Assembly (NCBI GenBank): GCA_038523235.1
Contig: JBCBJQ010000027.1
Span: 1-58,288, forward strand
Source: Cyanobacteria bacterium J06626_4
GTDB lineage: Bacteria > Cyanobacteriota > Cyanobacteriia > Phormidesmidales > Phormidesmidaceae
Direction of reading: 5' to 3'
Length of the DNA: 58,288 bases
Shown: positions 47,553 through 58,288 of the stretch, in pieces
How positions within the stretch are numbered: position 1 is the first letter of the stretch
Layout: the number at the start of each line of letters is the position of its first letter
Position numbers and translations under genes: made by a program
Notes under the pieces: model-generated
What the model saw: the letters and a program-made list of their open reading frames with translations, nothing else
Databases searched by the model: none
What the model was told of the DNA's origin: nothing

Positions 47553-48323
47553 TCAACCGGCTCCCGGTGCTGATGTCACTGCTGCCATCGATCGCGCCTC
47601 GCCGCGCACCGGCTCTTGCAACGCAGCATCGGTTACTAAGCGATCAACATTAAACCGATAGCCAACGTTTCTCACGGTCTGAATAATGCTGGGCTGGCGA
47701 GGATCCGCCTCAATCTTTTTGCGCAAAGACAAAATGTGGGTATCGACCGTGCGCGGGTTATCAATCGCATCTGGCCAGGCTCGCTGCAGCAGATCAGAAC
47801 GACTCAGCGGCTGGCCGCCCACTTGAGTCAGCACATACAGCAGACTAAATTCCTGCGGGGTCAGGTCAATATACGTGTCTCGATACCGCACGCGCCGCTG
47901 CACCAGATCAATGTGTAGGGAACCGTAGGTCAAGGCAGCGGGCGCACTGAGTCGATTAATCCGCCGCGTCAGGGCTTCGACCCGCGCCAAAAACTCCCGC
48001 ATGCCAAAGGGCTTAGTCAAATAATCGTCCGCCCCGGCTTTGAGCCCAGTGACGATATCGGCCTCGGTGTCGCGGGCCGACAGCATTAACAGATAGGCTG
48101 GGCCTTGCTGCACGACCCAGCGGCAAAATTCTAAGCTATTGCCCCCTGGCAATTGGGCATCCAAAATAATCAGGTTGGGTTGATGAGCCTGATAGGTCTC
48201 TCTCGCTCTACCCAGATCGGCCGACTGCTGGACGCGGTAGCCAGACTGCTGCAAATGCCAGCCCAACAGCGATCGCAAATGGGGGTTACCCTCAATAACT
48301 TGTATAGTCGCTGTACCCACCAA
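47553..48323 (-). CDS. nrrA: OmpR-family response regulator NrrA
   Basis: EGNPHLRSLLGWHLQQ signature, GADDYLTKPF, LTPQEFSLL, RTVDTHILSLRKK; NtcA box upstream. Confidence 0.88.
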   Translation of the reverse strand: MVGTATIQVIEGNPHLRSLLGWHLQQSGYRVQQSADLGRARETYQAHQPNLIILDAQLPGGNSLEFCRWVVQQGPAYLLMLSARDTEADIVTGLKAGADDYLTKPFGMREFLARVEALTRRINRLSAPAALTYGSLHIDLVQRRVRYRDTYIDLTPQEFSLLYVLTQVGGQPLSRSDLLQRAWPDAIDNPRTVDTHILSLRKKIEADPRQPSIIQTVRNVGYRFNVDRLVTDAALQEPVRGEARSMAAVTSAPGAG

Positions 48324-48356
48324 TTTTCCCGATTTAAGCTGCTAAAAATTTGATTC

Positions 48357-48398
48357 AACATAACAAAGCGTTAACTTTTTTTTTGTAACGGCAACTAC
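48357..48398 (-). promoter_or_regulatory. NtcA-activated promoter
   Basis: GTA-N8-TAC at 48385-48398, then exactly 22 nt, then a TATGTT -10 box (48362-48357) on the minus strand. Confidence 0.9.
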
Positions 48399-48757
48399 CC
48401 CTACTGCCATTGCGGCGTCGGCAAGCTGCGGTTCAGGCCAGTGAAGCCATCGTTGCTTCAACGTCTAAAGATTGCCAGGCAACGGTTTCAGACCCTCAAA
48501 TATGGCCAGCTCCTGGCCTTCTGCAAAATTCTCTTTTGCTAGCTCAGGACTCCTGGAAAGAGGTCTAGCCGATAGCGCCCCTGGTTCTTTGTGCCAGCGT
48601 GGGCGATTTCGAGTAGAGATTTCCGGCAGCGTTTTGTCCCAAACTTGATTACAGTATTAATAACTAGGGTGACTGTAATCCTTTGAGACAGCTTGTCTGC
48701 AATGCTGCTAGCCAACTGTCATCGCCAGCTACTGCCAGGTGAGATCAAACCAAAGCC

Positions 48758-49006
48758 ATGCTTCAGGATGCCAAATCCGTTCGGTACTATCAGCGCATTA
48801 CCGATGCCCTTGTTGACCGGTGGAACCGGGGCTACCGCACTGATGACCTGCGCCTCTTCTATGAGGGCTACATTGCGGCCTTACGCCACGCCGATGCGTT
48901 AGAGCCTTACCTCATCAACCGCGTCGAAGAAGAAGCCCTCCGCTTCCTGATGGATCCTTCCAACTTTTATACGCCGCAAACTGAGTTAGACCGCGACTAT
49001 TATTGA
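48758..49006 (+). CDS. Conserved small cyanobacterial protein (DUF6761-like), divergent from nrrA
   Basis: MLQD..SVRYYQRITDALV..WNRGYR...RFLMDPSNF. Confidence 0.75.
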   Translation: MLQDAKSVRYYQRITDALVDRWNRGYRTDDLRLFYEGYIAALRHADALEPYLINRVEEEALRFLMDPSNFYTPQTELDRDYY

Positions 49007-49405
49007 TCGCCGTTATCCCATGCAGAGACGTCAGCGCCACACCACTTGGCCTGACCGGGGTTGCTAGGGGCTGTCTAATGTCACCCAGCCCCAACCCGAA
49101 AATTTCGCAGGCAGAGTTTCAGAGCGCTGTCGTCTTGTACTGCTACCGTTGGTATCCGAGTCAAAAGCCCATTGGTGCAGGCAACATTTCACCGCGAAAG
49201 TCGAGCAGTTGTACAAGCAGTAAGTAGCCGATCGCCAAAAGCAGCGATAGTGCACCAGTAATCACAGCCACAATCTTTGAACGGTTCATAATGACGTAGT
49301 TTCCGGTAACCTAAAATACGACCCAGCGGGCTTTGTCCCCGAGTTGGCCTCAGCAATGACTGCAGGCCGCTGCTACGCACTAGCGTGACATAAAACGGTA
49401 TCGCT

Positions 49406-50383
49406 ATGAGTGCCCCAGTTCCGAGTTTTGTCGATGCGCCTGAGCCCCCTATTGCCCCGGCGGTTGTGCAGACCTACAACCTAACTAAAACCTACCGCAC
49501 CGGTTTTTGGCTCAACCAACGAGTGACGCCACTAAGTCAGTGCTCTCTAACAGTGCAGCCCGGTGAAACCTTTGGCCTGCTCGGGCCAAACGGCGCAGGC
49601 AAAACCACCCTGCTAAAAGTTTTGCTTGGCATCGTGCGCCCGACGAGTGGACGAGCCACTCTGTTGGGGCAACCCGTTGGCGATCGCACCGTCAAGCACC
49701 GCCTCGGCTATTTGCCTGAGAATGCTTACTTTTACGACTATCTAACCGGTATCGAACTGCTGCAATATACCGCCGGTCTGTTTGGTCTATCGATGCCGAC
49801 GCAGCGTCAACGGATTTCGCAGCTGCTCGATATGGTCGAACTTGACCCTAAGGCGATTCACAAAAAGCCCCTCAAAAAATACTCAAAGGGCATGCTGCAG
49901 CGCATTGGGCTCGCCCAAGCGTTGATCAACGACCCCGAAGTTGTGTTTCTGGATGAACCTATGTCAGGTCTCGACCCCACCGGTCGGTTTCGGGTGCGGG
50001 AGGTGATCCTAGCGCTGAAAGAAAAGGGTAAAACTATCTTCTTTAATAGCCACGTCCTGTCTGATGTGGAAACGATTTGCGATCGCGTGGCACTGCTCGA
50101 TCAAGGCCAGCTGCTTTGCAGCGGTACGCTGGATGAATTATTGGGCACATCTGCTAGCTACCGTGTCTCAGGCCGTGGCGGCAATCTAGAAGTGCTCAAC
50201 AAGTGGCTACCTGACCTGCAATTTCAGCGAGGGCTCTGGCATGGCATCCTCAATGGTGAGCCCTATGACTTTCTGTCAAGCCTGCGGGGCATGGGCGGTA
50301 CAGTCGTTGACCTCAAGCTGGCGCGACCAACGCTAGAAGAATTCTTTTTAGATCAGATCAGCCAGCGGCGATCGGCTACGTGA
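49406..50383 (+). CDS. ABC transporter ATP-binding protein
   Basis: [31 protein letters not shown]. Confidence 0.95.
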   Translation: MSAPVPSFVDAPEPPIAPAVVQTYNLTKTYRTGFWLNQRVTPLSQCSLTVQPGETFGLLGPNGAGKTTLLKVLLGIVRPTSGRATLLGQPVGDRTVKHRLGYLPENAYFYDYLTGIELLQYTAGLFGLSMPTQRQRISQLLDMVELDPKAIHKKPLKKYSKGMLQRIGLAQALINDPEVVFLDEPMSGLDPTGRFRVREVILALKEKGKTIFFNSHVLSDVETICDRVALLDQGQLLCSGTLDELLGTSASYRVSGRGGNLEVLNKWLPDLQFQRGLWHGILNGEPYDFLSSLRGMGGTVVDLKLARPTLEEFFLDQISQRRSAT

Positions 50384-50740
50384 TCGCACAGATGCTCGGT
50401 GAAAACACGTATTTTTTTGCGCGTTAAATCGCATCAAAAGTTTTGACGCTTACTGATTGTTTTGCCAAAATAGATGGGTATCTTGTCTTTAACGTCTCCT
50501 TACAAAAAATAGCTTTTTGTAAAAGATTCGCTAAAATCCTTCGGGGATCTCTGACCGTTTCTCTGTAGTCGATTGGACAATGTCCTTAAGTCTGCAGAGC
50601 TTCATCTACAGGAATTGCACACGCCGAGCCACTCAGGTCGTTTTCTGCGCGGGTTAGCTAATATAGGGCTGCCAGATTATTGTGCAGAAAATTATCTTTT
50701 GCCGTTCATCTATCGGACTTGCTACTTAGGGTGAGCCACT

Positions 50741-53700
50741 ATGTCTTTGGATCGTCACAACTCTCGTAAATCTCGACCTGTTCAGCCGCTCAAGCGGTTT
50801 ATGCAGAGCCTATTTCGCCAGCTGATGCAGCTTAGTGGCCGGCGCTCGGCCCAGGCGGGGTTTGTCTTCCCCACCACACTGCTGTTGATCTTGATGGTGT
50901 TGCTGACGGTCAGTGCGCTCACCTTCCGCACGTTTAGTCGCAGCACTCAGGTGATTAGTCAGCGTGATCAGCAGGTGATCTATAACGCGGCTACTCCGGC
51001 GGTTGATCGGGCGAAGGCGAAACTTGAGTTTTTGTTTCTAGAAGATGATCGCTTCCCTGGTGCGCCACCGGTCGGTGACTTCATGGCTAACATGATGTTG
51101 CCGTTGGCTGATCGGGTTCCCAACGTGGCTGGATCAAACCTTGACCTTTTGGGCGGGTTGGCCGATCCCTACTCGCTGCCCGATGAGACGCGGCTTGATA
51201 TCAATGACGACGGTCGCCTTGATAACGCTTGGTCATTTCCCGCAGATGTCAACGCCAATGGCACGATTGAAACTGGTGAGATGGCCGTCTACTCGATTTT
51301 GGTAGATCATGAGGTGAGAGACAATGCTGGTAACGTTGTCGCCAACCTAAGTTCGGTGGCTGATAATACGAAGGCTGACAATCTAGTTACACGCACGGGG
51401 CCTTTAGCAACGACTCAAGCGATCGGCCCCTGCCCCAGTCAGTCAGTGGTGGAAGAAGGTTGGCAGGTCGTTGACGGTCAAGGTACTTCCGATATTCAGA
51501 AAAACTTTCAAATTACTGCTTTTGTTACCAACAATAGCGATAGCGTCAATCAAACTTTTGAAAGCTTGGAACTGCAGCAGTCTCGGGTTTCTAGTCGCGC
51601 CAACAAATGGGGGGCTTGGTTTCGTACCGACCTAGAAGTCTTTACGGGCAGTGACTTCAAATGGAATGGAGCGATGCACACTGACGGCAATCTCATTGTC
51701 GGTGATGCCATGGTTTCTTACATGCTCACGTCTCAAAATTCCTGTCTTTACGACGACCGCGCCTCTGAAATAACCTTGGGTGAATTTCAATACGATGATG
51801 GCACTACCTTTCAGGGACAGGCTGTTAAGGGTAGCATTCGCAACAATACTAATGGTGGTACCGACGTCGAGTTTCACCTTTTTGATGGCAACGGTAACCC
51901 GCCCACTGCGGGGACTACGCTAGGCAATGGTACGGATTCGGTAGACGGCGGAGCCCCGGCTGAAATCGCCGTCAACCCGATCATTCTATTTCTTCAAGAT
52001 CGGGTAGAGCACGTCGATCAGTCCACCTGGACACGAGATGCTGATTGGGCAGACAGTGACTTCGTCACCACTGGACGCATTGTCAACGACCCTGCTGCTA
52101 GACCCTTCGTCGATGATTTCTTTAGGGCCGACAACCGTTGGGGGCCAAAGCCCCGCTATGACAACAACGACGACGATCTCAGTCTGAATAAAGGAACGTA
52201 TGGTGATCCAACTGACGACGACGACGTTGGCGACGAAATAACTGCGATTAACCGGCTTACTGACCCAGTCGATGGCCTCGATGGTTATTGGGAACGGCAG
52301 GCTGTTCGCAGTGGCTTGCGTCTGATTGTCGATCAGCGGCTCGAACTGGGTAATGCCAACGGTTGGGGCTACGATCCCAGTGGCATCACAATTGCAGCGG
52401 CAGATGGTGATCCTCTGTATGCTCCAACTGAAACAAATCAGACCCTAATCGTCAATAACACTACCCGAAATCGCATTGGCAAAGGTGTCCATGAATATCG
52501 CCAGCAGACCGCTCTGCGAGACAGCCTGGCGGCAGTTCAGGGCATGGTGATTTACCACTACGACATTGACAGCGGTGAGTTTCCTGCTGCCTGCATGACG
52601 TTGACTGCTCACCCCGGTACCAACCAATCAGTCATCAACAGTCGCACCTTCAGCAATTACCCAAATACTGGGGTGCTCAAAACTGACTTCTTGACGGGCA
52701 CCGGTACCAATGGCTGGGAATTCCAGTTCCCGACTGCTTTTGACGATGACAGTAAGTTCGGAACTCAGTTGGCGACTACCCAATCACTCGGCAAAGCCAT
52801 GCGTAACCTGGCCTACTTTGCCGGTGACCCCAACGGGGGAGCCCCTTCATTTCCGCCAGTACAAGATGCCTTTGCGCACCCTTATCCCAATATGAGCATG
52901 TGGGGTGATTACTCCATGTTGCGCCGTATTCTAGATGGTTTAGATACGGGTGGTTATACAACAGCGAAATACGATGCTCTGAGCTTTGCTGATAAGGCTA
53001 CGCTACATGGCGCAGCCTGCACCCTCAGTCTGTTGGGTTACAACCTCAACACGCTTGAAGCTGAATTTAATGCCATCACGACTGCTCAATGGGGTGAATT
53101 GGCGACTGCGTTGCTTGCTAGGGTTGGGCTAGCAGCTGATCAGGTTGATCCCGCTGTGGGAACTGCAGATATTACGCCTCCTGACACATGGATTCGCCTA
53201 GCTAACGATGCGGCGGGAGTAGATCCTGTCGAGCTGGCAAAGGTCGAATTAATGAGGATTGCGGCTGCGCGTTGGCAAGTGCTACGCGATCGCACCTTTG
53301 GTTTCGCAACCGGTCAAGGTTTAGTATCAGGGCTTGCAAATACAGTGGGTCTCTATACCCCAGCCTCAGGAGAATTTGCGCTGGCAGCTGATGCTCTACC
53401 TTTCTTAGCCGGAACCTACAGTGTCAGCTGTGACCCTAACTTCTTTGCTGCCAATGGTGCTCCTAATCCTGAGGATGCTCTAACACTGGCTTTAGCACTT
53501 TGTCCTAAGACAGCTAATGCAGATCCTGCAATCAATGCTGAAAAAGCAGTCAAATATCCTTCGCTGTTTTACTTGTTCCCCGTCGTTGACCACGATCACG
53601 ACGGTTCTGCTGCGCTGGGCAACCAACAGCCTGATGGCAACGATCCGGGTTTAGGGGGCGGCTTAGATCCCGCAATTCAGGCTGCAGAAGAATATGTGGC

Positions 53701-55384
53701 TGACACCGACAACTATTTGGACGATCCAGCGACTGGGGTCAATCGAGCCGTTACCTACAGTCTGTTGACAGTCGGTGATGTTGCAGCTACTCCAGGTGCT
53801 CCTGGTTTAGGTGACTGGGTGCTGCCAGCAGCCACCAACGCCAGTCCTTTAGCCGATCCGGATGTGACTACTGAGGCATTCAGAATTACTGTGCCGGGTG
53901 GTACTAGTGGCATTGATGTGCCGTTCTTAGACAAAGGTATGTTCAATGGCCGCGAGCAGTTACCGGTCAGAGTGCTCGATATTGATATCAAGGCACTCAC
54001 TACCCAAACTACAGGCGTTGGCAACAACGACTATTGGCTGCCCGCCCGACCTGATGACCCGCTGGTGGCCACTGACTTTGCCACAGAGGGCATCGTGTAC
54101 GCTTTCCGTGAAGACGCCGTACGAGAAGATGAAATCAACCGTCCCGCCAATGGGAGCGCGAGCAATTGCGCTGGCCGTACGGGCGGAAACTTTAGAATCG
54201 TGTCGCAAATTACCTGCAGGATGAGAGTGGAGCCGGGCGCAGCAACGCCAGTCATACAAGATCCGCCACTGCAAGCCAACAACGTCAATATAAAGCCGGT
54301 TGATTTTGTGCCTGACCCGGACCGTCGACCCTACGGGTTCCGGTTCAAGACGTCAGATGGCACGCCTGCTGACTTTAGCGGCGGTGATCCCGTTAATGGG
54401 CGTCAGGTAGGTATGACCTTTGTGACAGATAACACGACTTACATCCAGGGTGATTTCAACCTGCATAGTTCTGATGGCACGACAGCTAACTTCTTAGAAG
54501 AGTTCACCGATACCATTCAAGGGACGAACTTTGGATTTGCCGAGTTCTATGACGGTAGAACGGCTGCTGAACTCGACCTAGATAACTTTGCTGATTTCTC
54601 CGTTGATCACTGGCGACCGGTTGAGATTTTGACCGATGCGCTGAATATCGTCTCTGGCGACTTCTTGGATGGGGCAATCGAAGATGCATTCATCAACGCG
54701 GGTAATACTACCGACTCTTCCTACGCATCGCTCAACCGGCCACTGAGCGGCAATACCTGGCTACGTGAAGACCCCAACGATCCTGATTCCCCGATTTGGG
54801 TTGATCGCAACGGAACCTTTTACATTGACGACGGCACCGGTACCTGGGAAGAATATTATGACGAGCTGACGGCTAACGGCGATCACATTAGAGTAGATTC
54901 AACAACGACTCGTCGAGCCAATCTGGTGCAGGCGAATGAGACCTTTGTTAATGCTGTTTTTGTCAGCGGGGTTGTGCCCTCTCGCACTCAGCAGTACAAC
55001 GGTGGCTTGCACAACTATCCCCGTCTGTTAGAGAGTTGGCGAGATCCGAATACTGCGCTCAACATTGGGGGCTCATTCATTCAGCTCAACTTCTCGACTA
55101 GCGCGACAGGTCCCTTCGACCAAGATTCTTGGGAATCCGATGATACTCCCACTGGTGACGAATACATCGAGTACTACCGGAACCCGCTGCGAAATTGGGG
55201 CTTTGATGTCGGTTTGCTCTATAACTCTCCAGCACCAGCGGCTCGTCGCTTTAATGATGTTGGTAGAGAGCGCAACGAATACTATCGCGAAGTCGCTGCT
55301 GATGACCCCTACGTCACGAACCTGCGCTGTGCCGAAGATGCTACGGGTAACAGAATAATGCCCAACTTCTGCCCTAACCCTTAG
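50741..55384 (+). CDS. hpsA: HpsA-like large pilin-associated protein (hormogonium polysaccharide locus)
   Basis: Prepilin-like GFVFPTTLLLILMVLL, IYNAATPAVDRAKAKLEFLF, NKWGAWFRTDLE, GGLHNYPRLLE.W. Confidence 0.85.
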   Translation: MSLDRHNSRKSRPVQPLKRFMQSLFRQLMQLSGRRSAQAGFVFPTTLLLILMVLLTVSALTFRTFSRSTQVISQRDQQVIYNAATPAVDRAKAKLEFLFLEDDRFPGAPPVGDFMANMMLPLADRVPNVAGSNLDLLGGLADPYSLPDETRLDINDDGRLDNAWSFPADVNANGTIETGEMAVYSILVDHEVRDNAGNVVANLSSVADNTKADNLVTRTGPLATTQAIGPCPSQSVVEEGWQVVDGQGTSDIQKNFQITAFVTNNSDSVNQTFESLELQQSRVSSRANKWGAWFRTDLEVFTGSDFKWNGAMHTDGNLIVGDAMVSYMLTSQNSCLYDDRASEITLGEFQYDDGTTFQGQAVKGSIRNNTNGGTDVEFHLFDGNGNPPTAGTTLGNGTDSVDGGAPAEIAVNPIILFLQDRVEHVDQSTWTRDADWADSDFVTTGRIVNDPAARPFVDDFFRADNRWGPKPRYDNNDDDLSLNKGTYGDPTDDDDVGDEITAINRLTDPVDGLDGYWERQAVRSGLRLIVDQRLELGNANGWGYDPSGITIAAADGDPLYAPTETNQTLIVNNTTRNRIGKGVHEYRQQTALRDSLAAVQGMVIYHYDIDSGEFPAACMTLTAHPGTNQSVINSRTFSNYPNTGVLKTDFLTGTGTNGWEFQFPTAFDDDSKFGTQLATTQSLGKAMRNLAYFAGDPNGGAPSFPPVQDAFAHPYPNMSMWGDYSMLRRILDGLDTGGYTTAKYDALSFADKATLHGAACTLSLLGYNLNTLEAEFNAITTAQWGELATALLARVGLAADQVDPAVGTADITPPDTWIRLANDAAGVDPVELAKVELMRIAAARWQVLRDRTFGFATGQGLVSGLANTVGLYTPASGEFALAADALPFLAGTYSVSCDPNFFAANGAPNPEDALTLALALCPKTANADPAINAEKAVKYPSLFYLFPVVDHDHDGSAALGNQQPDGNDPGLGGGLDPAIQAAEEYVADTDNYLDDPATGVNRAVTYSLLTVGDVAATPGAPGLGDWVLPAATNASPLADPDVTTEAFRITVPGGTSGIDVPFLDKGMFNGREQLPVRVLDIDIKALTTQTTGVGNNDYWLPARPDDPLVATDFATEGIVYAFREDAVREDEINRPANGSASNCAGRTGGNFRIVSQITCRMRVEPGAATPVIQDPPLQANNVNIKPVDFVPDPDRRPYGFRFKTSDGTPADFSGGDPVNGRQVGMTFVTDNTTYIQGDFNLHSSDGTTANFLEEFTDTIQGTNFGFAEFYDGRTAAELDLDNFADFSVDHWRPVEILTDALNIVSGDFLDGAIEDAFINAGNTTDSSYASLNRPLSGNTWLREDPNDPDSPIWVDRNGTFYIDDGTGTWEEYYDELTANGDHIRVDSTTTRRANLVQANETFVNAVFVSGVVPSRTQQYNGGLHNYPRLLESWRDPNTALNIGGSFIQLNFSTSATGPFDQDSWESDDTPTGDEYIEYYRNPLRNWGFDVGLLYNSPAPAARRFNDVGRERNEYYREVAADDPYVTNLRCAEDATGNRIMPNFCPNP

Positions 55385-55448
55385 CTTGTTTGCTCAAACC
55401 ATTAATTAGGTCGCTTGTTTATGTTTATGTCTGTTGAGGGGATTTCAA

Positions 55449-56141
55449 ATGAAGGGTAAACCGGCTTGTCAACGTCTATTCACCCAGCTGTGTCGAGGGG
55501 ACAGTCGCAATTCTGGACAAACGCTTTCGGGCGAGGAAGGACTGACGCTGATTGAGTGCATCATGGCGATCGTGGTCATTGGTCTGACTGGTGCTGCTGT
55601 TGCCCCGATGATGCTGGTTTCGGTGGCGACCCGCGTGCAAAGTCAAAAAACCGAGCAGGCTCTAGAGTTGGCCCAAAGTGAAATTGACAGCGTTCGGGTG
55701 CTATTTGAGCAAGGCGAGGTCACCCCGGCACTGCTGCCCCCAGTTTTGACTGGGGTAGCTGGTGATCGAGCACCTAATGTTGCCGGTCCAATATCCTTGG
55801 CGGACACTGCAACGCGCATTCAAGAGGTCGATGTCAACAACGACACCACCCAAGATTTTGTCGTACAAAGCTTTTTAGTCGCCAAGACTGGGGCTGCTGA
55901 CACTTACGAAATGGGGGTACGTGTTTACGAGCACCGAGCGGTCGCAGATAACTCGGGGGGTGCCTTGGCTACCGATGAGGCGCGTGTTGGCATGACGGGC
56001 TCAGAGGGCGATCGTACCGAGAAGCCGCTGAGTGTTGTGTATACCAACGTAGCACTCACCGAGCAGTCAGAGTCCCTCTGTAATTTAATCGACTACACAG
56101 ATACAACGGGGACACCTGTTAAGCCTCCTTCCTGTAGCTAA
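55449..56141 (+). CDS. hpsB: Type IV pilin-like protein (HpsB-like)
   Basis: G|LTLIECIMAIVVI N-methylation motif; ATRVQSQKTEQALELAQSEID. Confidence 0.75.
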   Translation: MKGKPACQRLFTQLCRGDSRNSGQTLSGEEGLTLIECIMAIVVIGLTGAAVAPMMLVSVATRVQSQKTEQALELAQSEIDSVRVLFEQGEVTPALLPPVLTGVAGDRAPNVAGPISLADTATRIQEVDVNNDTTQDFVVQSFLVAKTGAADTYEMGVRVYEHRAVADNSGGALATDEARVGMTGSEGDRTEKPLSVVYTNVALTEQSESLCNLIDYTDTTGTPVKPPSCS

Positions 56142-56172
56142 CAACGCTGAAACTTTCACTGGGTGTAACACC

Positions 56173-57147
56173 ATGCCACCAAAACCGTTCGCAAAATTCG
56201 CAAAGTGGATGTTCAAGTCGCGCTCTCGCAAGCAAAGCGGGTTTACCCTGCTGGAGCTTTTAGTCGCGATTTTGATTGGTGGCATTTTGGTTAATGGCTT
56301 GCTGTTTTTGGTCATTGAACTAATGACCGTTAACAACCGAGAAGAAAGCCTGACGCAAACTCAGCAAAATACGAGGCGGGCGATCGACTACATCACCCGT
56401 GATGTCGGTGAAGCGATTTTTGTCTACAGCGATCTGGCTGCCCTGATGACCGAACTGAGTGACGAGCCGGCAGGCACACCAGTTCTGGCTTTTTGGCGCT
56501 TGGATCCGCTCACGAATGATGAAGTCACTGCCTTAACAACATTTTGTGCGTCCGCAACCGGTCCTGCAAAAGATGAGTGTGAGACTCTGCTAGTACGTCA
56601 AAACTATTACACTTTAGTAGCTTATTTTCAGCAGGACAATACCGGCACCGATATTTGGGAAGGACCAACACGGATTATTCGATATGAGCTTCCTAACTAC
56701 ACCTCGATTACCACGGCTGCACTGACGGTTCCGACTGGCTACGCTGACCCAACTCTGTTAGTCCCGGGTGCTGTAACACCCACGTTCAACTCATTCGATG
56801 GTTGGCAAGCTGGTGGTGCTACTACTGACGGGAATGCAGCCGTACTCACTGATTTTGTCAACGTAAGCGATGTGAGCGTTACAACTGCTTGCCCGACCGC
56901 GGCCAACCCAACATCGACCTATGCTCGGCTTCCCGCAACCTCAGATAGCTTTTATGTCTGTGTCGAGCAGCCCCAGGGTATTGCTAATGACCTGAGTTCC
57001 AACCGATCTTTAATTGTTTATCTCCAGGGCAATGCGTCTAAGGACGTCAATCAAGTTGTCGGATTAAGTGAGTCGAGTGGCCTGCCTAAATTGCAATCTG
57101 AAGTGCTCATTCGTGGGGTGATTCAAAATGATGCTACTAGTCAGTAA
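56173..57147 (+). CDS. hpsC: Type IV pilin-like protein (HpsC-like)
   Basis: G|FTLLELLVAI, RAIDYITRDVGEAIFVY, PVLAFW, WEGPTRIIRYELP. Confidence 0.75.
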   Translation: MPPKPFAKFAKWMFKSRSRKQSGFTLLELLVAILIGGILVNGLLFLVIELMTVNNREESLTQTQQNTRRAIDYITRDVGEAIFVYSDLAALMTELSDEPAGTPVLAFWRLDPLTNDEVTALTTFCASATGPAKDECETLLVRQNYYTLVAYFQQDNTGTDIWEGPTRIIRYELPNYTSITTAALTVPTGYADPTLLVPGAVTPTFNSFDGWQAGGATTDGNAAVLTDFVNVSDVSVTTACPTAANPTSTYARLPATSDSFYVCVEQPQGIANDLSSNRSLIVYLQGNASKDVNQVVGLSESSGLPKLQSEVLIRGVIQNDATSQ

Positions 57148-57191
57148 TTTTTGACGCCGATGTGTCCTGTAATTTGTTGCCAACGGAAACC

Positions 57192-57758
57192 ATGAAACCT
57201 GTTATCTCATCAAAACGAACTTCGTCGGCTGGTTTTACCTTGATTGAGGTGCTGGCAGTTGTGGTGATCGTGGCTATCTTGTCAGCCATTGCTGCCCCCA
57301 GCTGGCTGCAATATATGAACAATCAGCGCATCGGAGCGGTTAACAACGATCTTGCACAATCGATCAAGCGGGCTCAACAAGATGCCATTCAACAGCGGCA
57401 AAGTGTCAAAGTCACCGTTAACAGTGGTGCAGCCTCACCTTCTATAAATGTTGATTCTGAGGTTGATACTGGCATTGATGTCGCAGGGGATGGTATTGAC
57501 GTTACGTTGGCACAGGGGAGTGACATTCGAGAAGGCCTTATTGGATTGGAACCGCCGACGGTAGCTGGTGGTGCTGATGAAACCCTAATCTTTGATTATC
57601 AAGGAAACGTTAGCCAAGAAAATGTTCTCCCTTATGTCATCAGGGTTGACACGGTGGGTAACCCGAGCAGACAGCAGTGTGTCATTGTCGCTAACATTAT
57701 TGGCTCAATTAAGACTGCTCGAGAAGCCGATTGTAACAACCCAACAGTAAATCCATAG
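57192..57758 (+). CDS. FimT-like minor pilin
   Basis: G|FTLIEVLAVVVIVAILSAIAAPSW; C-terminal Cys pair. Confidence 0.85.
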   Translation: MKPVISSKRTSSAGFTLIEVLAVVVIVAILSAIAAPSWLQYMNNQRIGAVNNDLAQSIKRAQQDAIQQRQSVKVTVNSGAASPSINVDSEVDTGIDVAGDGIDVTLAQGSDIREGLIGLEPPTVAGGADETLIFDYQGNVSQENVLPYVIRVDTVGNPSRQQCVIVANIIGSIKTAREADCNNPTVNP

Positions 57759-58288
57759 CGCCCTGAGCCAATTTAGAGTAGATGACTCCAAGCTCGTTTG
57801 GAGTAGGCATTGAGAGACCACTTCAGACTGCAATACCTCAAAAAGCTCGAAGATTAATAAAGAACTCACATGGCATGGTTAAGAGGATTCCTGGCTTGCT
57901 GATTTAACATCAGTAAATGGTTGAAAAGCAGGTGTTCTCCTTTCAGCTAGCTTGAGCCGATGGCGGCAAGCATTCCAAATCTTTGCTACATGAGATAGAG
58001 AATATCTGGCGTTGATTGGTTGTGTTACTGGGGTTCGAGAAAGTTAAGTGTTCGTCTTGCCTAGCCAAAAAAGGTGGCAGGTGAGCGTGAATTTAGTGAA
58101 TGAAATGGGTATTGCTAACATAGGCAAGACCGTAGTTACTGAATCAAAACGATAAATCCTCTCATCTACAGTGTCTTATGCCTACATCGGCATAATTTAC
58201 TTGATGATTAGCTGGCCCGCAAGGTTCACTCAAGCCTTGCCGGGCTTCGATTCATCTTTAATGTTTTAAGCACATAATATGCATTGAG

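Noticed and set aside
57759..58288. Possible ncRNA at the right edge
   Set aside because: This is AT-rich intergenic sequence with one modest hairpin, probably the upstream region of a gene outside the window.

Overview
Cyanobacterial chromosomal window. The HIP1 octamer GCGATCGC is frequent, and the gene content (flv4-sll0218-flv2, nrrA, hpsA-type pilin locus) fits a filamentous, Leptolyngbya-like organism; the taxon is my inference. From left to right: the decayed edge of an island at tRNA-Ala(CGC), with an IS1-like transposase, a second IS end and an integrase pseudogene; a Ser/Thr kinase; the flv4-psiE-like-flv2 operon; GNAT, MASE1-adenylate cyclase, PadR, a GIDE-domain protein and a carotenoid oxygenase; a Type I R-M operon (hsdM-hsdS-hsdR) interleaved with accessory cassettes (papain-fold toxin/immunity, Uma2, AbrB-VapC, an orphan antitoxin, repeat-flanked DUF559); a polyamine cluster (MATE, SpeD-SpeE fusion, agmatinase); lipid kinase, GH13, Ca/Na antiporter and an FMN-binding protein; a 2532-aa surface protein with nested domain insertions; GNAT plus a sulfotransferase remnant; an LpxB-related protein, ABC1 kinase, NrrA with a canonical NtcA promoter, an ABC ATPase and the hpsA-B-C pilin-like locus. 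The main observation is that three cassettes in the R-M operon are each followed by a degenerate copy of the 3' end of the upstream hsd gene (two extra hsdM ends, one extra hsdS end), with one junction exactly at a HIP1 site. This suggests repeated cassette accretion targeted to hsd gene 3' ends. All calls are by eye; no database searches were run.
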